A stretch of 64,000 nt of DNA from Kineosporiaceae bacterium (GTDB lineage Bacteria > Actinomycetota > Actinomycetes > Actinomycetales > Kineosporiaceae), in the NCBI GenBank assembly GCA_046330955.1, contig JAXLRT010000023.1, forward strand, positions 17,925 through 81,924, written 5' to 3'. Every line of letters begins with the position of its first letter. Position 1 is the stretch's first letter. Made by a program: the position numbers and the translations under genes. Shown one piece after another: positions 61,981 to 64,000 of this stretch. The notes below the pieces were generated by a model that did no database searches, was not told where the DNA came from, and saw only the letters and a list, made by a program, of their open reading frames with translations.

Positions 61981-62943
61981 TCAGGCGGCGTCCAGGATGT
62001 CGACCACGAACACCAGGGTGTCGGTTCCCTTGATCTTGGCCTCGGGCTTGCCCTCGGCGCCGTAGCCGTCGTCGGGCGGGATGACCAGCAGCAGCTGGCT
62101 ACCGACGGGCTGACCGACCAGGCCGCGGTCCCAACCGGCGATCACCTTGCCCATCCCGATCGGGAAGCTGGCCGGCACGGGACGACCCCAGGAGCTGTCG
62201 AACTGCTGGCCGCCGGGCCAGATCACCCCGGTGTAGCGCACGGTGATCTGCTGGCCGCGGGCCACCTTGGGACCGGCGCCGAGGATCAGGGGTTGCACCA
62301 CCAGGGTGGTGGGAGGGTCGGCCGTGGGCAGGGTGATGCTCGGGGCGCCCTTCTTGTTCAGGACCACCGTGGGCAGTCCCGGGCGCGGCTTGACCGCGGT
62401 ACCGGTCGCGCGGGCGAGGACATCCTTGACCGCGATCAGGTCGACCACCAGCACGATGGTGTCGGTGGGGCCGACCCCGGCGCCCGGCAGCCCCTTGAGC
62501 CCGTAGGCCTCATCGGGTGGCAGGGCGAGCAGCAACCGCGAGCCGGCGGTGGCCCCGGTGAGGGCCTTGACCAGACCGGGCAGGTTGTTCTCGGCGCTCA
62601 GTACGAAGCTGGTCGGCCGCAGCCCGTAGGAGGAGTCGAACTCCTTGCCGTCCGTGCCGTTGATCCCGACGTACTCGATGGTGACCCGTTGGCCCACGGC
62701 CGCCTTGGTGCCGGTCCCGGCGGTGATCACCTTGACCAGGCCGGTCTGCACCGAGAACGGGGTGGGCACGCTCAGGGTGGGTTTGACCCGCGGCTCACCC
62801 GACACCGTGACCTTCTCCAACGTGGTCGACACGCTGGAGCGGCTCGGGTCGGCGGTGCTGCTCGGCGTGCTGCACCCGACCAGCGCCAGGGTGAGCACGA
62901 CCAGCGCCGCACAGGCGGAGGCGAACCGGGAACGAGCCGACAC
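61981..62943 (-). CDS. FKBP-type peptidyl-prolyl isomerase lipoprotein with two FKBP domains
   Basis: The lipobox is LALVGCS. Two FKBP cores are present (...VIAGWDRGLVGQPVGSQLLLVIPP...). Confidence 0.9.
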   Translation of the reverse strand: MSARSRFASACAALVVLTLALVGCSTPSSTADPSRSSVSTTLEKVTVSGEPRVKPTLSVPTPFSVQTGLVKVITAGTGTKAAVGQRVTIEYVGINGTDGKEFDSSYGLRPTSFVLSAENNLPGLVKALTGATAGSRLLLALPPDEAYGLKGLPGAGVGPTDTIVLVVDLIAVKDVLARATGTAVKPRPGLPTVVLNKKGAPSITLPTADPPTTLVVQPLILGAGPKVARGQQITVRYTGVIWPGGQQFDSSWGRPVPASFPIGMGKVIAGWDRGLVGQPVGSQLLLVIPPDDGYGAEGKPEAKIKGTDTLVFVVDILDAA

Positions 62944-62974
62944 GAGGGTTCACCCTAGCCGTCGACGGCGCGCT

Positions 62975-64000
62975 TCACATGCTCTGGATGAGCCGTTCGA
63001 CGCGCTCGTCCACCGAACGGAACGGGTCCTTGCACAGCACGGTGCGCTGCGCCTGATCGTTCAGCTTGAGGTGCACCCAGTCGACGGTGAAGTCACGCCG
63101 GCGTTCCTGGGCGCGTCGCACGAAATCGCCGCGTAGCTTGGCCCGGGTGGTCTGCGGCGGTACCGCCGTGCCCCGGAAGACCTCGATGTCGGAGGACACC
63201 CGCTCGGCCAGTCCCCGCTTGACCAGCAGGTAGTGCAGGCCCCGGTCGCGGTGGATGTCGTGGTAGGCCAGGTCGAGCCGGGCGATGCGCGCCGACGACA
63301 GCGGCAGGTCGTGCCGGGCGCGGTACCGCTCGACCAGCCGGTGCTTGATCGCCCAGTCGATCTCCCGGTCGACCAGGGACGGGTCCTCGGTCCGGACGGC
63401 GCGCAGCCCCCGCTCCCACAGGTCCAGCACCCGCTTGATGACGTCGGTGTGCAGGCCGCGCGAGTCGACGAAGTCCTTGGCCCGCTCCAGGTACTCCTCC
63501 TGGATCTCGAGCGCACTCGCCTCGCGCCCGTTGGCCAGGCGCACCCGACGCCGGCCGGTGAGGTCGTGGCTGACCTCGCGGATGGCCCGGATCGGGTTCT
63601 CGAGCGTCAGATCGCGGACGACGACCCCCGCCTCGATCATGCGCAGCACCAGGTCGGTCGCCCCGACCTTGAGCATGGTGGTGGTCTCGGACATGTTGGA
63701 GTCGCCGACGATCACGTGGAGCCGGCGGTAGCGCTCGGCGTCCGCGTGGGGTTCGTCACGCGTGTTGATGATCGGGCGCGAGCGGGTGGTCGCGCTGGAG
63801 ACGCCCTCCCAGATGTGGTCGGCGCGCTGGCTCAGGCAGAACACGGCCCCGCGGGGGGTCTGCAGCACCTTGCCGGCGCCCACCACCAGCTGGCGGGTCA
63901 CCAGGAACGGGATCAGGACGTCCGACAGCCGACCGAACTCCCCGTGCCGGCTCACCAGGTAGTTCTCGTGGCAGCCGTAGGAGTTGCCGGCCGAGTCGGT
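62975..64000 (-). CDS. pafA: Pup-protein ligase PafA, C-terminal two thirds (gene continues beyond the right edge)
   Basis: Manual extension gives [45 protein letters not shown]...[27 protein letters not shown]. Confidence 0.92.
   Translation of the reverse strand, partial: TDSAGNSYGCHENYLVSRHGEFGRLSDVLIPFLVTRQLVVGAGKVLQTPRGAVFCLSQRADHIWEGVSSATTRSRPIINTRDEPHADAERYRRLHVIVGDSNMSETTTMLKVGATDLVLRMIEAGVVVRDLTLENPIRAIREVSHDLTGRRRVRLANGREASALEIQEEYLERAKDFVDSRGLHTDVIKRVLDLWERGLRAVRTEDPSLVDREIDWAIKHRLVERYRARHDLPLSSARIARLDLAYHDIHRDRGLHYLLVKRGLAERVSSDIEVFRGTAVPPQTTRAKLRGDFVRRAQERRRDFTVDWVHLKLNDQAQRTVLCKDPFRSVDERVERLIQSM

Noticed and set aside
1-64000. CRISPR arrays, tRNA/rRNA genes, IS elements, integrases and prophage genes.
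   Set aside because: I saw no regularly spaced direct repeats, no tRNA T-loop-type sequences in the intergenic regions and no transposase or integrase-like ORFs. The only mobile-like gene is the DUF222/HNH ORF.

Overview
Very GC-rich sequence (about 70% by eye, not computed) from the chromosome of an Actinomycetota member. The markers are RbpA, the Pup ligase PafA with PafB/PafC, Lnt-Ppm1 and TatA/TatC-HelY. I support about 65 protein-coding genes. I recognised no rRNA, tRNA, CRISPR array, IS element or integrase. Layout, left to right: (1) sbcCD. (2) A same-strand trio of GCS2-type ligase, TrpB2 and cytochrome P450. (3) A divergent pair of an Aer-type PAS protein and a PilZ protein. (4) DDAH, then a LacI-controlled CUT1 sugar ABC importer with a nucleoside hydrolase. 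(5) A roughly 9 kb patch of small accessory genes at 14.7-23.8 kb: three intact GNATs plus a fragment of a fourth, APH, methyltransferase, DinB, GrpB, DUF3224, a 2H phosphoesterase and an F420-type reductase. This patch also holds several frame disruptions and two vestigial toxin-antitoxin loci. (6) A class II aldolase fused to a class III aminotransferase, beside a PucR regulator. (7) A beta-carbonic anhydrase, an M15 peptidase and an MFS transporter. (8) rbpA, fxsA, ppm1 and lnt. (9) A lysine-fermentation-type cluster (kamA, kdd, kamD, kamE, kal) interrupted by a PlsC-type acyltransferase. (10) A glycogen-debranching-like enzyme and a GT4 glycosyltransferase. (11) Lrp and a 5'-3' exonuclease. 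(12) Two tandem M64-like lipoprotein metalloproteases plus a DUF222/HNH gene, wedged in front of helY. (13) dagK, tatC, tatA, pafC, pafB, DUF3866, two FKBP genes and pafA. The points most worth a second look are: a hidden RHH antitoxin gene with no canonical start codon and a deleted toxin; the lysine-fermentation cluster; the aldolase-aminotransferase fusion; the duplicated M64 lipoproteins; and several unusually long perfect inverted repeats. I found no clear complete novel multi-gene system. All calls rest on motif and family recognition by eye, with no searches run.
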